This document shows, piece after piece, positions 16,999-25,237 of a stretch of 25,237 nucleotides of DNA. A model generated the notes under the pieces. The model was not told the origin of the DNA. It was given only the letters and a program-made list of their open reading frames with translations, and ran no database searches. The DNA is from a virus (taxonomy: Duplodnaviria; Caudoviricetes). The translations under genes were made by a program, and so were the position numbers. Position 1 is the first letter of the stretch. Each line of letters starts with the position of its first letter. The stretch is from the IMG/VR virus record IMGVR_UViG_3300042864_001413, positions 1 through 25,237 of that record; one strand, 5' to 3'.

Positions 16999-19900
16999 TC
17001 ATTCACAATATATAAATCCAGCAGGTCCACATAAACCATATTTAGTTGCCGTTCCCGTTGTTAATTCATATATTATTGGTGTTACTACATTAGTGTCTGA
17101 TTCTTTATAGAATCCATTATCCGCAGGTATTGTTAGATTTTCATCTTGATACCAAGTAATTGATTCAAATCCATCATTTACATAATCGGTCGCATCAAAG
17201 TAAACTTTTCTTGTTGTTAAACATGCTAAACAAATATCATTTAAATCACTACCATTCGGATAATAACAGAAGTCTTTACTAATTGGTGCGTCCTTTTTAA
17301 TAATGGCATAATATGTTGTATCATTTGTTGGTGTATGTGATAATATTGGATTAGTTTGTATTAAATTACCTTCTCCCTTAACATTACTCCAACCTAAGAA
17401 TGATGTACCATTAGTTGTTACACCAGTTATAGTGCTTGACCCGTTAATTGCAATTGTTTTACGTAGAGTTTGTCCACTTGTAGTTCCATCTGTAACATAA
17501 CCAGTTGCATTTGAACTAATTTTAAAAATTTCATAATTAACAACCGCATTTGATGGGTCAAAAACCTCAGTTATTGTGAAAGAACTAACACACTCCACCT
17601 CAGTTGGTGTAGGAGTTGGGGTAGCCGTTGGTGTTGGTGTTGGTGTTGGTGTTGGTGTAGGAGTTGGAGTTGGGGTATTTGTAACTACAATTACCTCAAT
17701 ATCAAAATCACAAATTGGGGTTGGGGTTGGGGTTGGGGTTGGTGTGTTGGTAACAATGACCACCTCCACATCAAAATTACAATCTGGTGTTGGTGTAGGA
17801 GTTGGTGTAGGGGTATTAGTCACTACTATCACCTCCACATCAAAATTACAATCTGTTGTCGGTGTTGGTGTAGGGGTCGGTGTGGCTGTTGGCGTAGGTG
17901 TATTTGTTACAACAATTACCTCCACATCAAAATTACAATCTGGTGTTGGGGTTGGTGTAGGTGTAGGAGTTGCCGTTGGTGTAGGGGTGTTCGTTACCAC
18001 AACCACTTCAACATCAAAATTACAATCTGGTGTTGGTGTAGGAGTTGGTGTAGGTGTGTTAGTTACTACGATTACTTCCACATCGAAATTACAATCAGGA
18101 GTAGGTGTTGGCGTTGGTGTAGGGGTGTTCGTTACCACAACCACTTCAACATCAAAATTACAATCTGGTGTTGGAGTTGGCGTCGGGGTCGGAGTATTTG
18201 TAACTACTATAACTTCAACATCAAAATTACAATCTGGTGTTGGAGTTGGCGTTGGTGTAGGTGTGTTTGTAACAATAACCACTTCAACATCAAAATTACA
18301 ATCTGGTGTTGGTGTCGGTGTTGGGGTAGGGGTATTGGTAACTACAATTACCTCCACATCGAAGTTACAATCCGGAGTAGGTGTTGGCGTTGGTGTAGGT
18401 GTGTTTGTAACAATAACCACTTCAACATCAAAATCAAACGTACTACAATCTGGTGTAGGGGTTGGGGTTGGTGTTGGGGTAGGAGTAGGGGTTGGTGTGG
18501 CAGTTGGTGTGGCAGTTGGTGTGGCAGTTGGTGTAGGGGTTGGTGTTGGGGTAGGAGTTGCAGTTGGGGTAGGAGTTGGACCTGGAATATATTCCGCAAT
18601 ACCACCACTAAATCTACAATCAAAGGTATCGTTATCACCAAAACCATCTAAACCAAATTCAAAACTTTTACATATTGTACCCTCATTTGGTCCATATGCA
18701 AATGAAGACACTTTCATTTTTTCTTCACCGTTACTATTGGTAAAAAAAGAAACTGTTAATAATTTTTTACGAATACTTTTTAGAAGTGGGACATACCCTT
18801 GAGTATATCCAAAATCATCAAAATACTGTGTTGAACCCGAAATTCCAGAATAACTTATTTCGTCGGCATATTCATTGTTTCTACCAAATAAATTCGTTGT
18901 ATAACCAGAATATAAACAATCTGTACATGTATTAATATAATTAACAGTTCCAATAATGGCATTTTTCCATAATTGTTTTATTTGATTAAAATCATTTGAA
19001 TATAAACTTGGATTGTTTGAAATAATTTCATTTCCATTTCCCGTGTATAACCTTGCACTTGTCGATGTTGGTGTATTACCCGATATTAAAACGTATGTAC
19101 TCGAGTTATTTGAACTGCCACTAAACAAAACACCATCTAATTCAAACGTTGGAAAAAACCTAATATATCCATCATGTGATGATTCTCCAGTTTCATCTAT
19201 TTCCGTTGAAAATCCGTAATATTCATCAAACTCTTTAATCTCATCTTGAAATGATACATATCCTTCGGTTATTGGCTCCGGATAAACATTCTCAATAATT
19301 TCAATTGGTTTACATCCAAATCTATAAGAATATTTTGGTCTACCAAAAATACCGTTTTGAATTAAGTTACCACCTGTCCATAAAGTGGTTGATGGAATTA
19401 CTTGGTCTAAAACCTGTGTCCAATATGGTCCTATTTTATTTACAAATTCATTTACACTTGGAAAATTGTATGGAGTAAAATTACCATTGGTAATATAATC
19501 TCTATGTATATCTTCTAAGGTGATGTAATTCTTTTTGTACTTTATTACATGTGAATTTCTAATTTGGTCATGTAACATTCTATCAACATACTCAGCAAAC
19601 GTATAACCTGTTTGTGGTAACAAAGTGTTAGAACCAAATGACAATTCCAAATCTCTCGATTTACGATATATGTCAAAATCCATTACATTAGCGGATGAAA
19701 GATAAACGCTAATATTTTTTCTATTAAGAATTAAAGTTGAGTTGTTATTAACAATTTGTTTTTGGTTGTTGTCAACTTTACTTACAATTTCAAATCCCGT
19801 ATCTAAACCCGGTAATGATCTAAAAACATCAAAATATTCTTCACCATATGTGTATGGTTTATTTTTTGTTTTTATTGTTTTTGTTCTACCCGTTGTCGTT

Positions 19901-21621
19901 GAGTTTTCAATATCTAACGTCGTTGAAGACCTATGGTCTAACGTCATGTCGTACCAACCAGAACCTTGTTGGAAGAAATTATTATTTGAATCACTACTAT
20001 AACCTCTTGGTAAACCATCAGTTGTAACAGGATATTCTTCTCTTGTATATGTTGTTGACGCTAATGTTGTACCTGTTGAGTATGAATATGTTGATGGTGT
20101 GAATCCTGATATTATTAAATCAGTTTTATCACCCATAATTACACTTCTAATTTCACTATCAATATTAAATGACTTTGGTAATGAAACTATATTATAGATG
20201 TACTCATCAATCTTAATTAGAGGTTCGGGTGCTCCTAAGAATTTCAAAAAGAATTCAATTGAAGACCTTGTACCTTTTGATTTGTATATGTATGAAAGAT
20301 TAACTAATAATCTTCTATAAAATTCATTTTCCGCATCGACAATAGTAGTTCCTATTGTTAATCCCGAATATTGTGTATCTGTTCTTGTATATAAAAGTTC
20401 GTTTAAATCCTTTTCATCAAAAAGATTAATTGTATTTAAACCTAAAGTGTTAGATAAATTTTTTAATAATATATCAGGTAAGTTATTAACACCATCATAA
20501 CTTACATTTCTCATGTAAGCAATGTTGTCAATATATTTTTTTACCCTATCAAAACTTTGTCCGTATAATTGAAATACGGATTCCGCCTTTTTGTCGTCAC
20601 TATCAAATTCAAATAATTGTGGTGAAGATAAAAATCTAACTAATAAGTTTGACTTATAATCATCTATCTCATTCGCAACATCAACTAAATTATTAATATA
20701 TTCGTCATACGCAATACCAACAATTTGTAAATTGTAATTGTCTTTTGATAATGGCCAATTATATTTTACATCTAATAAACTTGTTACCGAACCATTATTA
20801 ATGTCTCTTGGTACCTTAAACGTTGATTGGTAAATTGGTAGGGTTTCTCTATTTAATAATGACGATTCTAAATCATCAAGTCCTATAAAAAATTCTTCCT
20901 TTACACCGTTGTTTGGTCTAATTAAAAAATTACTCGTGGATGTTGTTTGACCATTAAATGGATTACCTAAAACAGTTAAAGTTATTTTGTTTTTTGTGTT
21001 AGGTTCAACATAACCAACAATATTATATGTAACACCACTTAATTCTATTACATATTTTTTATATGATGAATAAAAATTTCTAATTGGGTTATCAACAGTT
21101 ACAACCGTATTTGTGTTTGGTTTTGTAAAAAGAACATCGAACGGATTGTAAAACATTCCCGATTCAATATCTAATCTGGTTCTTTTTGTATTTTGATTAT
21201 AAGTTATATTATATGCGGTTAATCCACTTTGACTCTTTGGTGAGTCAATATCAACCATAACAGCAGCGGGAAAAAACTTAATGATTTTTGTAACCGCAAC
21301 ACCAATTCTACTTTTTAATGAACCATATAATGATTTTCCCGAATCTTTTTTTGAGTCTCTAAATTTAACTGATTGATTTTTTTCTAATTTAGATTGTGTA
21401 ATCGGAGCCGACTCTTCAATTTTTAAGTCGTCTAAAGTTAAAAAATCCGAAAACGGATTTGTTTTAAAATTTTTGGCGTCTCTTTCAGGTATTGTTTTGT
21501 CAAGGGCAAAGTTCGTATTGGTCAATTGGCTAGAACCATCGGTGATTTGAACTCCGACTAAGTTGTCACTAAAAGTTTGTGACCCATTGGCAGCTTGACT
21601 TGGAACTTTATATTTTGCCAT
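16999..21621 (-). CDS. Putative baseplate wedge-type protein with a C-terminal repeat stalk
   Basis: 1540 aa. [14 protein letters not shown]...[28 protein letters not shown] resembles the KGT motif of P2 gpI/T4 gp7-type wedge proteins. It is followed by 11 repeat units, an InlB-B/Flg_new-like segment (GTSFLGWS...NDTTYYAI) and a terminal Cys module. Confidence 0.65.
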   Translation of the reverse strand: MAKYKVPSQAANGSQTFSDNLVGVQITDGSSQLTNTNFALDKTIPERDAKNFKTNPFSDFLTLDDLKIEESAPITQSKLEKNQSVKFRDSKKDSGKSLYGSLKSRIGVAVTKIIKFFPAAVMVDIDSPKSQSGLTAYNITYNQNTKRTRLDIESGMFYNPFDVLFTKPNTNTVVTVDNPIRNFYSSYKKYVIELSGVTYNIVGYVEPNTKNKITLTVLGNPFNGQTTSTSNFLIRPNNGVKEEFFIGLDDLESSLLNRETLPIYQSTFKVPRDINNGSVTSLLDVKYNWPLSKDNYNLQIVGIAYDEYINNLVDVANEIDDYKSNLLVRFLSSPQLFEFDSDDKKAESVFQLYGQSFDRVKKYIDNIAYMRNVSYDGVNNLPDILLKNLSNTLGLNTINLFDEKDLNELLYTRTDTQYSGLTIGTTIVDAENEFYRRLLVNLSYIYKSKGTRSSIEFFLKFLGAPEPLIKIDEYIYNIVSLPKSFNIDSEIRSVIMGDKTDLIISGFTPSTYSYSTGTTLASTTYTREEYPVTTDGLPRGYSSDSNNNFFQQGSGWYDMTLDHRSSTTLDIENSTTTGRTKTIKTKNKPYTYGEEYFDVFRSLPGLDTGFEIVSKVDNNQKQIVNNNSTLILNRKNISVYLSSANVMDFDIYRKSRDLELSFGSNTLLPQTGYTFAEYVDRMLHDQIRNSHVIKYKKNYITLEDIHRDYITNGNFTPYNFPSVNEFVNKIGPYWTQVLDQVIPSTTLWTGGNLIQNGIFGRPKYSYRFGCKPIEIIENVYPEPITEGYVSFQDEIKEFDEYYGFSTEIDETGESSHDGYIRFFPTFELDGVLFSGSSNNSSTYVLISGNTPTSTSARLYTGNGNEIISNNPSLYSNDFNQIKQLWKNAIIGTVNYINTCTDCLYSGYTTNLFGRNNEYADEISYSGISGSTQYFDDFGYTQGYVPLLKSIRKKLLTVSFFTNSNGEEKMKVSSFAYGPNEGTICKSFEFGLDGFGDNDTFDCRFSGGIAEYIPGPTPTPTATPTPTPTPTPTATPTATPTATPTPTPTPTPTPTPTPDCSTFDFDVEVVIVTNTPTPTPTPTPDCNFDVEVIVVTNTPTPTPTPTPDCNFDVEVVIVTNTPTPTPTPTPDCNFDVEVIVVTNTPTPTPTPTPDCNFDVEVVVVTNTPTPTPTPTPDCNFDVEVIVVTNTPTPTPTPTPDCNFDVEVVVVTNTPTPTATPTPTPTPTPDCNFDVEVIVVTNTPTPTATPTPTPTPTTDCNFDVEVIVVTNTPTPTPTPTPDCNFDVEVVIVTNTPTPTPTPTPICDFDIEVIVVTNTPTPTPTPTPTPTPTPTATPTPTPTEVECVSSFTITEVFDPSNAVVNYEIFKISSNATGYVTDGTTSGQTLRKTIAINGSSTITGVTTNGTSFLGWSNVKGEGNLIQTNPILSHTPTNDTTYYAIIKKDAPISKDFCYYPNGSDLNDICLACLTTRKVYFDATDYVNDGFESITWYQDENLTIPADNGFYKESDTNVVTPIIYELTTGTATKYGLCGPAGFIYCE
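17602..18579 (-). repeat. Coding repeat array: 11 x [13 protein letters not shown](TP)n, 69-nt basic unit
   Basis: Nine DCNF units plus the degenerate flanking units DCSTFDF and ICDF. Confidence 0.95.
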
Positions 21622-22538
21622 TATAATTCAGTAATTGTATCAAAATTTAAAGTCTCATCAATATCCGTTCTATTTTCTCTAACTTCGTATAATGTTTCAT
21701 TAACGTCGTCTTTGATTTCGTATAAGTTATATTGTTTATAGATACTGTTATTATTATCGTAAATTGTGTAAATACCCGGTGTAACCGCCTTACTTTGATT
21801 ACCATATAATGCGTGTGCCAATGTTGACGCATCATGTTCAACCATTTCAATCTCAATTGTTGTTGGGTTAAAAAAAGTATTTGTAAAAATAATTTTCTGA
21901 CCCGGTGTACCAATGAAAGGAACCGTATTTGGTTTACTTGATGGTGCTGATGATGGTGTTACCGTTAAAAACAACATATTTGTTGCCGCGTCACTATATT
22001 GATATCTGATTGCCTTTTGTGTTGTACTAGATAAATTGGAAACCACAGGTGTACAATAAAACGACGAAGTAACTAATCTATAAAAGTTTGTTACTTTTTT
22101 ATTCTCAGTGTTTATATATTCTATTCTATATCCAATTAATCCTTGTGGTGTGAATTTACTTCTATCACCAGAAGGGACATTACTTAAATCTATAACTAAA
22201 CCTCTTACTGAAGGTAATGAAGCTAACACCCCACAATCTGTAATTGTGGTTCTTATTTGTTTTGGTCTTATATGAAGTGTATATATTCCTAAGTCGGTGA
22301 AATCCGCAGATTCTAATTTTAAATTATATAATCCACCTAAAACTTCTAAATTTGGAGCATTTACATCATTCGTAGTGTCATCGGTATGATAAACGGGTGT
22401 CAAAACACTAGAACTGTTTAAAGTTTTTAGAGAAACCGGTGCGGTGGATGTTCTTCCTGAAACGTAGTGATAAAATATTTCTACGTCATCTGGTGACACA
22501 TCCGCTGGTCTAATTATTCCGTAACTACCTACTGCCAT
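21621..22538 (-). CDS. Hypothetical protein, putative structural
   Basis: 305 aa; its TAA overlaps the ATG of the wedge-like gene (TAATG); the variant motif TATTTATT lies upstream at 22550-22557. Confidence 0.75.
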   Translation of the reverse strand: MAVGSYGIIRPADVSPDDVEIFYHYVSGRTSTAPVSLKTLNSSSVLTPVYHTDDTTNDVNAPNLEVLGGLYNLKLESADFTDLGIYTLHIRPKQIRTTITDCGVLASLPSVRGLVIDLSNVPSGDRSKFTPQGLIGYRIEYINTENKKVTNFYRLVTSSFYCTPVVSNLSSTTQKAIRYQYSDAATNMLFLTVTPSSAPSSKPNTVPFIGTPGQKIIFTNTFFNPTTIEIEMVEHDASTLAHALYGNQSKAVTPGIYTIYDNNNSIYKQYNLYEIKDDVNETLYEVRENRTDIDETLNFDTITEL

Positions 22539-22563
22539 ATACTTTTAATAATAAATATAATTT

Positions 22564-23526
22564 TTATTGTTTTCTCACGTTAAAATATCCATTTCCATAG
22601 ATATCTAATTCACCCACGTTGTCAATTTCACCCAATCTAAGGTTAATTTCCATGACACCCTGTTTACCCCTTTCAACAAATAAATCAGAATAAATTGTTG
22701 GTTCGTCAATAAATCCTAAAAAATGTTCGTTTCTTGTTAAAATCTTATTGAAGACCTCTTCTTTGGTGAATCCTGTTGTTGACCCTGTTATCATGGTATA
22801 ACCATCTTCATAGTCCCTATATTGTAACGTTGTTGTACCTGTTGTATTACCTGTATAAGTAAAGGTATAACCTGTCCAATCAACACCCTCGGTGGAAGAA
22901 CCACTTGTAAGAGTTTGAGTGTACCCCGTTGATCCGTATTTTTTTAATTCGTCTAACCTACTTCCCCCCACTGCCATATATGTAAAACCTGTGGTAGTAT
23001 AACCTGTATTATTTGTTATGTCAAGGTCATTTATATAATTTTGGGTTTGTCCAGTTAGATTTGAGTATGCCGGTACGGTTGTTCCCGTAAACGAACCTAA
23101 CGGATTTGTTATTGTGGTATTTTTTGGAACTGTAATTTGTTTACTTAACTTTTGTTTAGTCCACGGGGCGTCTAAAGTTATTGATATTGTATATCCTGAA
23201 GATGTTGTATATGTGTGTGAAAGTGACGGGAAAGATTGTCCAACAACACCACTATTAACTGTAAGTCCTGATGTTAAACCGTCACCCCAATTAATGGTAT
23301 ATGTTTGTTCAACAATTTTTCTGAGTTTATCGGGATTAACCGTACTATAAACTTGTATCGTGGAACCTGTTTGAGTATATGAGAAATTGACAAGTTGTTC
23401 CATTTGTTCAATGTCACCATCAAATCCAACCATAACGCCCATTTCATCTACCGAACTTTCTAAGAAAATTGGTAAATTATAACTTGTTCCGGTTTGTTTT
23501 AATATTTCGTATCTATTCTTTCTCAT
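22564..23526 (-). CDS. Putative structural protein with a PKD-like segment, rich in TGxT
   Basis: 320 aa; YTINWGDG...LSHTYTTSSGYTISIT matches the PKD-like WGDG...HTY pattern. Confidence 0.7.
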   Translation of the reverse strand: MRKNRYEILKQTGTSYNLPIFLESSVDEMGVMVGFDGDIEQMEQLVNFSYTQTGSTIQVYSTVNPDKLRKIVEQTYTINWGDGLTSGLTVNSGVVGQSFPSLSHTYTTSSGYTISITLDAPWTKQKLSKQITVPKNTTITNPLGSFTGTTVPAYSNLTGQTQNYINDLDITNNTGYTTTGFTYMAVGGSRLDELKKYGSTGYTQTLTSGSSTEGVDWTGYTFTYTGNTTGTTTLQYRDYEDGYTMITGSTTGFTKEEVFNKILTRNEHFLGFIDEPTIYSDLFVERGKQGVMEINLRLGEIDNVGELDIYGNGYFNVRKQ

Positions 23527-23540
23527 TTAATTTTTTAATA

Positions 23541-25049
23541 TTAACTTGGACAATTATAAATTAGGGTTATTGTTCCTCCGACACCTATTTGCATTGCCCA
23601 TTCTGTACCTAATCTATTAACATAATAATAATCATTCATTCCCGAACCGGAATATTCCGAACCAAATTCACATCCCTGTGATGTGTAGAATTGATCACCA
23701 GTCGATGGTGATGTTATGTCATTAAGATATAATGTAGTTCCACTTGCGTATGCGTTTGATTCATACTGTGAGCAGGCCTCTGTGGTTGTGTTAAATGTTG
23801 AACCTGTCATAACCAAATAACCCTTACCTGGCAATGGTGTTGGAGTTGGGGTAGGGGTTGGTGTAATAGAACAAGATGTTTCATTATTAAGTGAACCTCC
23901 TCCATATACTATCCACCCATTATCACCATCAGAATACCAACCATTTGGAGCAAATCCTGTTAATGGATATGTAAAACCGGTATATAAAATAGTACCTTGA
24001 CCTATTGATGCAAATGGTGTATAACTATAAACGTTAGTTGTATAAGAATTAGTATAATTACTACATGCTGCTAATCTTTCACTCGCATCGTATCCTATTT
24101 GAAGTGTGTATATTGTTGGTTCGGTTGGTGTAGGGGTTGGTGTAGGGGTTGGTCCTGCCGTTGTTGGTGTAGGTGTAGGTGTAGGGGTTGGTGTATTTGT
24201 ATTTCCACCTCCACCGGCGGTTGGTGTAGGGGTTGGTGTTGCTGTTAGGGCAACATCATTCTGAACATCCCTTTCAACCATATATGAATAATCACTTTTA
24301 TCAATTGTTACTTTATAATATAAATCTTCATACTCTGTAATCGAATCTGTACTTTTCTTTTCATAAAACTTAATTGGGTTTCCGCTTTTACCGATTCTAC
24401 CATCATAAACCGCATCTGTTAAATTTGGTTTATTTACGAAGTCACTTATACTACCATCTTCGGCGTTATAAAATTTTGCCGTCATCCAAAATGTATTTCC
24501 TGTGATTGTCGTTCCACTAAAAGGACTTTCGTCTTGAAACCAAAACAAATACATGTTTTCTTTATTTCTATAATTTGAACCTGTGAATAGGGGGAAAAAT
24601 ATATAATCATTAAAATCTGTATGAAAATATTTTTCTCCTAATGGTAAAGATAAATTCTTAGCAAAAACTAATTTTCTATTTGTTCTTTCAGGTTTTACAC
24701 CATTTGGTGTTTTAAAAAATTCTAATCTAAAAAAACTTTTAACTGTTTGTTTTAACATCAACGCATTTTCTCTATTAGATAAACCCGTTGGTTCATAATC
24801 ATTTACATACGTTGACCCCGTCAAAAAATAAAATTGAAACCATATATCTGTTTGTTCAACACCAAGTGATGAGGTATATGGTTTATGAATATATCTAACC
24901 GTTTCATAATTTTCAATTGGGTTAATGATTTCACTTAGAATTTGTTCTTCCATTTGAAGAGCTCCTTCTTCCCAACCAAGATCCGTTTTAAAATCTTGTT
25001 CCACATTCATGGATATTGTTAAATCATTGGTACTAGTTAAAATTTTCAT
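23541..25049 (-). CDS. Putative structural protein with TP linkers and two C-terminal Cys-bracketed modules
   Basis: ATG at 25049 overlaps the upstream TAA (the track uses TTG 25055); TP tracts lie at ~24120-24245 and ~23835-23865. Confidence 0.75.
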   Translation of the reverse strand: MKILTSTNDLTISMNVEQDFKTDLGWEEGALQMEEQILSEIINPIENYETVRYIHKPYTSSLGVEQTDIWFQFYFLTGSTYVNDYEPTGLSNRENALMLKQTVKSFFRLEFFKTPNGVKPERTNRKLVFAKNLSLPLGEKYFHTDFNDYIFFPLFTGSNYRNKENMYLFWFQDESPFSGTTITGNTFWMTAKFYNAEDGSISDFVNKPNLTDAVYDGRIGKSGNPIKFYEKKSTDSITEYEDLYYKVTIDKSDYSYMVERDVQNDVALTATPTPTPTAGGGGNTNTPTPTPTPTPTTAGPTPTPTPTPTEPTIYTLQIGYDASERLAACSNYTNSYTTNVYSYTPFASIGQGTILYTGFTYPLTGFAPNGWYSDGDNGWIVYGGGSLNNETSCSITPTPTPTPTPLPGKGYLVMTGSTFNTTTEACSQYESNAYASGTTLYLNDITSPSTGDQFYTSQGCEFGSEYSGSGMNDYYYVNRLGTEWAMQIGVGGTITLIYNCPS

Positions 25050-25237
25050 TAACAATCAGTTATGGTTTTATCATTGAAGTTTGTTAGACCGTCATTTTTA
25101 TTTTGGTAGAATCTCTCATTTCTTAAATAGAAATTAATATCATTTTTAACATAATGAATATTGTTTATAAATGGATGATTAACACCATAACCATCAGGGT
25201 CAATATATCCATGGTCATATAAATCTCTCCATTTCCA
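25049..25237 (-). CDS. C-terminal end of a hypothetical protein (5'-partial)
   Basis: Open frame from the window edge, WKWRDLYDHGYIDPDGYGVNHPFINNIHY...KTITDC*; the stop overlaps the next ATG. Confidence 0.8.
   Translation of the reverse strand, partial: WKWRDLYDHGYIDPDGYGVNHPFINNIHYVKNDINFYLRNERFYQNKNDGLTNFNDKTITDC

Noticed and set aside
17602-18579. CRISPR-like repeat-spacer appearance
   Set aside because: The 'spacers' are TP-coding low complexity, repeats vary at synonymous sites, the array is in frame within a CDS, and no cas genes are present.
12200-18579. Diversity-generating retroelement template/variable repeat pair
   Set aside because: Differences between copies are mostly synonymous and not adenine-specific; there is no reverse transcriptase in the window.
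17576-18802. Plus-strand (GV)n ORFs of 408, 160 and 101 aa (also 12375-12857, 10020-10325)
   Set aside because: Antisense shadows of Pro-Thr codons, which cannot yield stops in that frame.
11425-21913. Alternate-frame Q/H/L-rich minus ORFs (11485, 12145, 18348, 21647) and other small plus ORFs
   Set aside because: Out-of-frame or antisense readings nested in larger genes, with no independent support.
1-25237. Stop-codon reassignment
   Set aside because: The standard code gives long, tightly packed ORFs. Stops are almost all TAA, with one TGA followed by TAA, and no genes are fragmented.

Overview
AT-rich, gene-dense segment with every credible gene on the minus strand, most consistent with a large tailed dsDNA phage. 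A Bacteroidota host is inferred from SprB-like and DUF5977-like modules and the lack of Shine-Dalgarno motifs. In transcription order (right to left) there is a ~18 kb putative virion/baseplate-tail module of 10 complete genes plus one partial gene. It is followed by a DNA metabolism module: RuvC-like resolvase, TOPRIM primase, PD-(D/E)XK nuclease, SbcD/Mre11, three small inserted genes and an SbcC/Rad50 that runs off the left edge and is missing from the ORF track. Most unusual points: (1) a Cys/beta-strand + Pro-Thr repeat ([13 protein letters not shown]-(TP)n) is shared by two different structural proteins, in 11 and 6 copies; (2) a [ST]-G-x-T motif is strongly enriched in structural proteins and absent from the enzymes; (3) the Mre11-Rad50 pair appears split at a non-standard point; (4) there is a GC-rich two-hairpin candidate small RNA; (5) a TATTTATA upstream motif implies near-leaderless transcripts. 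All family calls come from motif recognition by eye; no database search was run.
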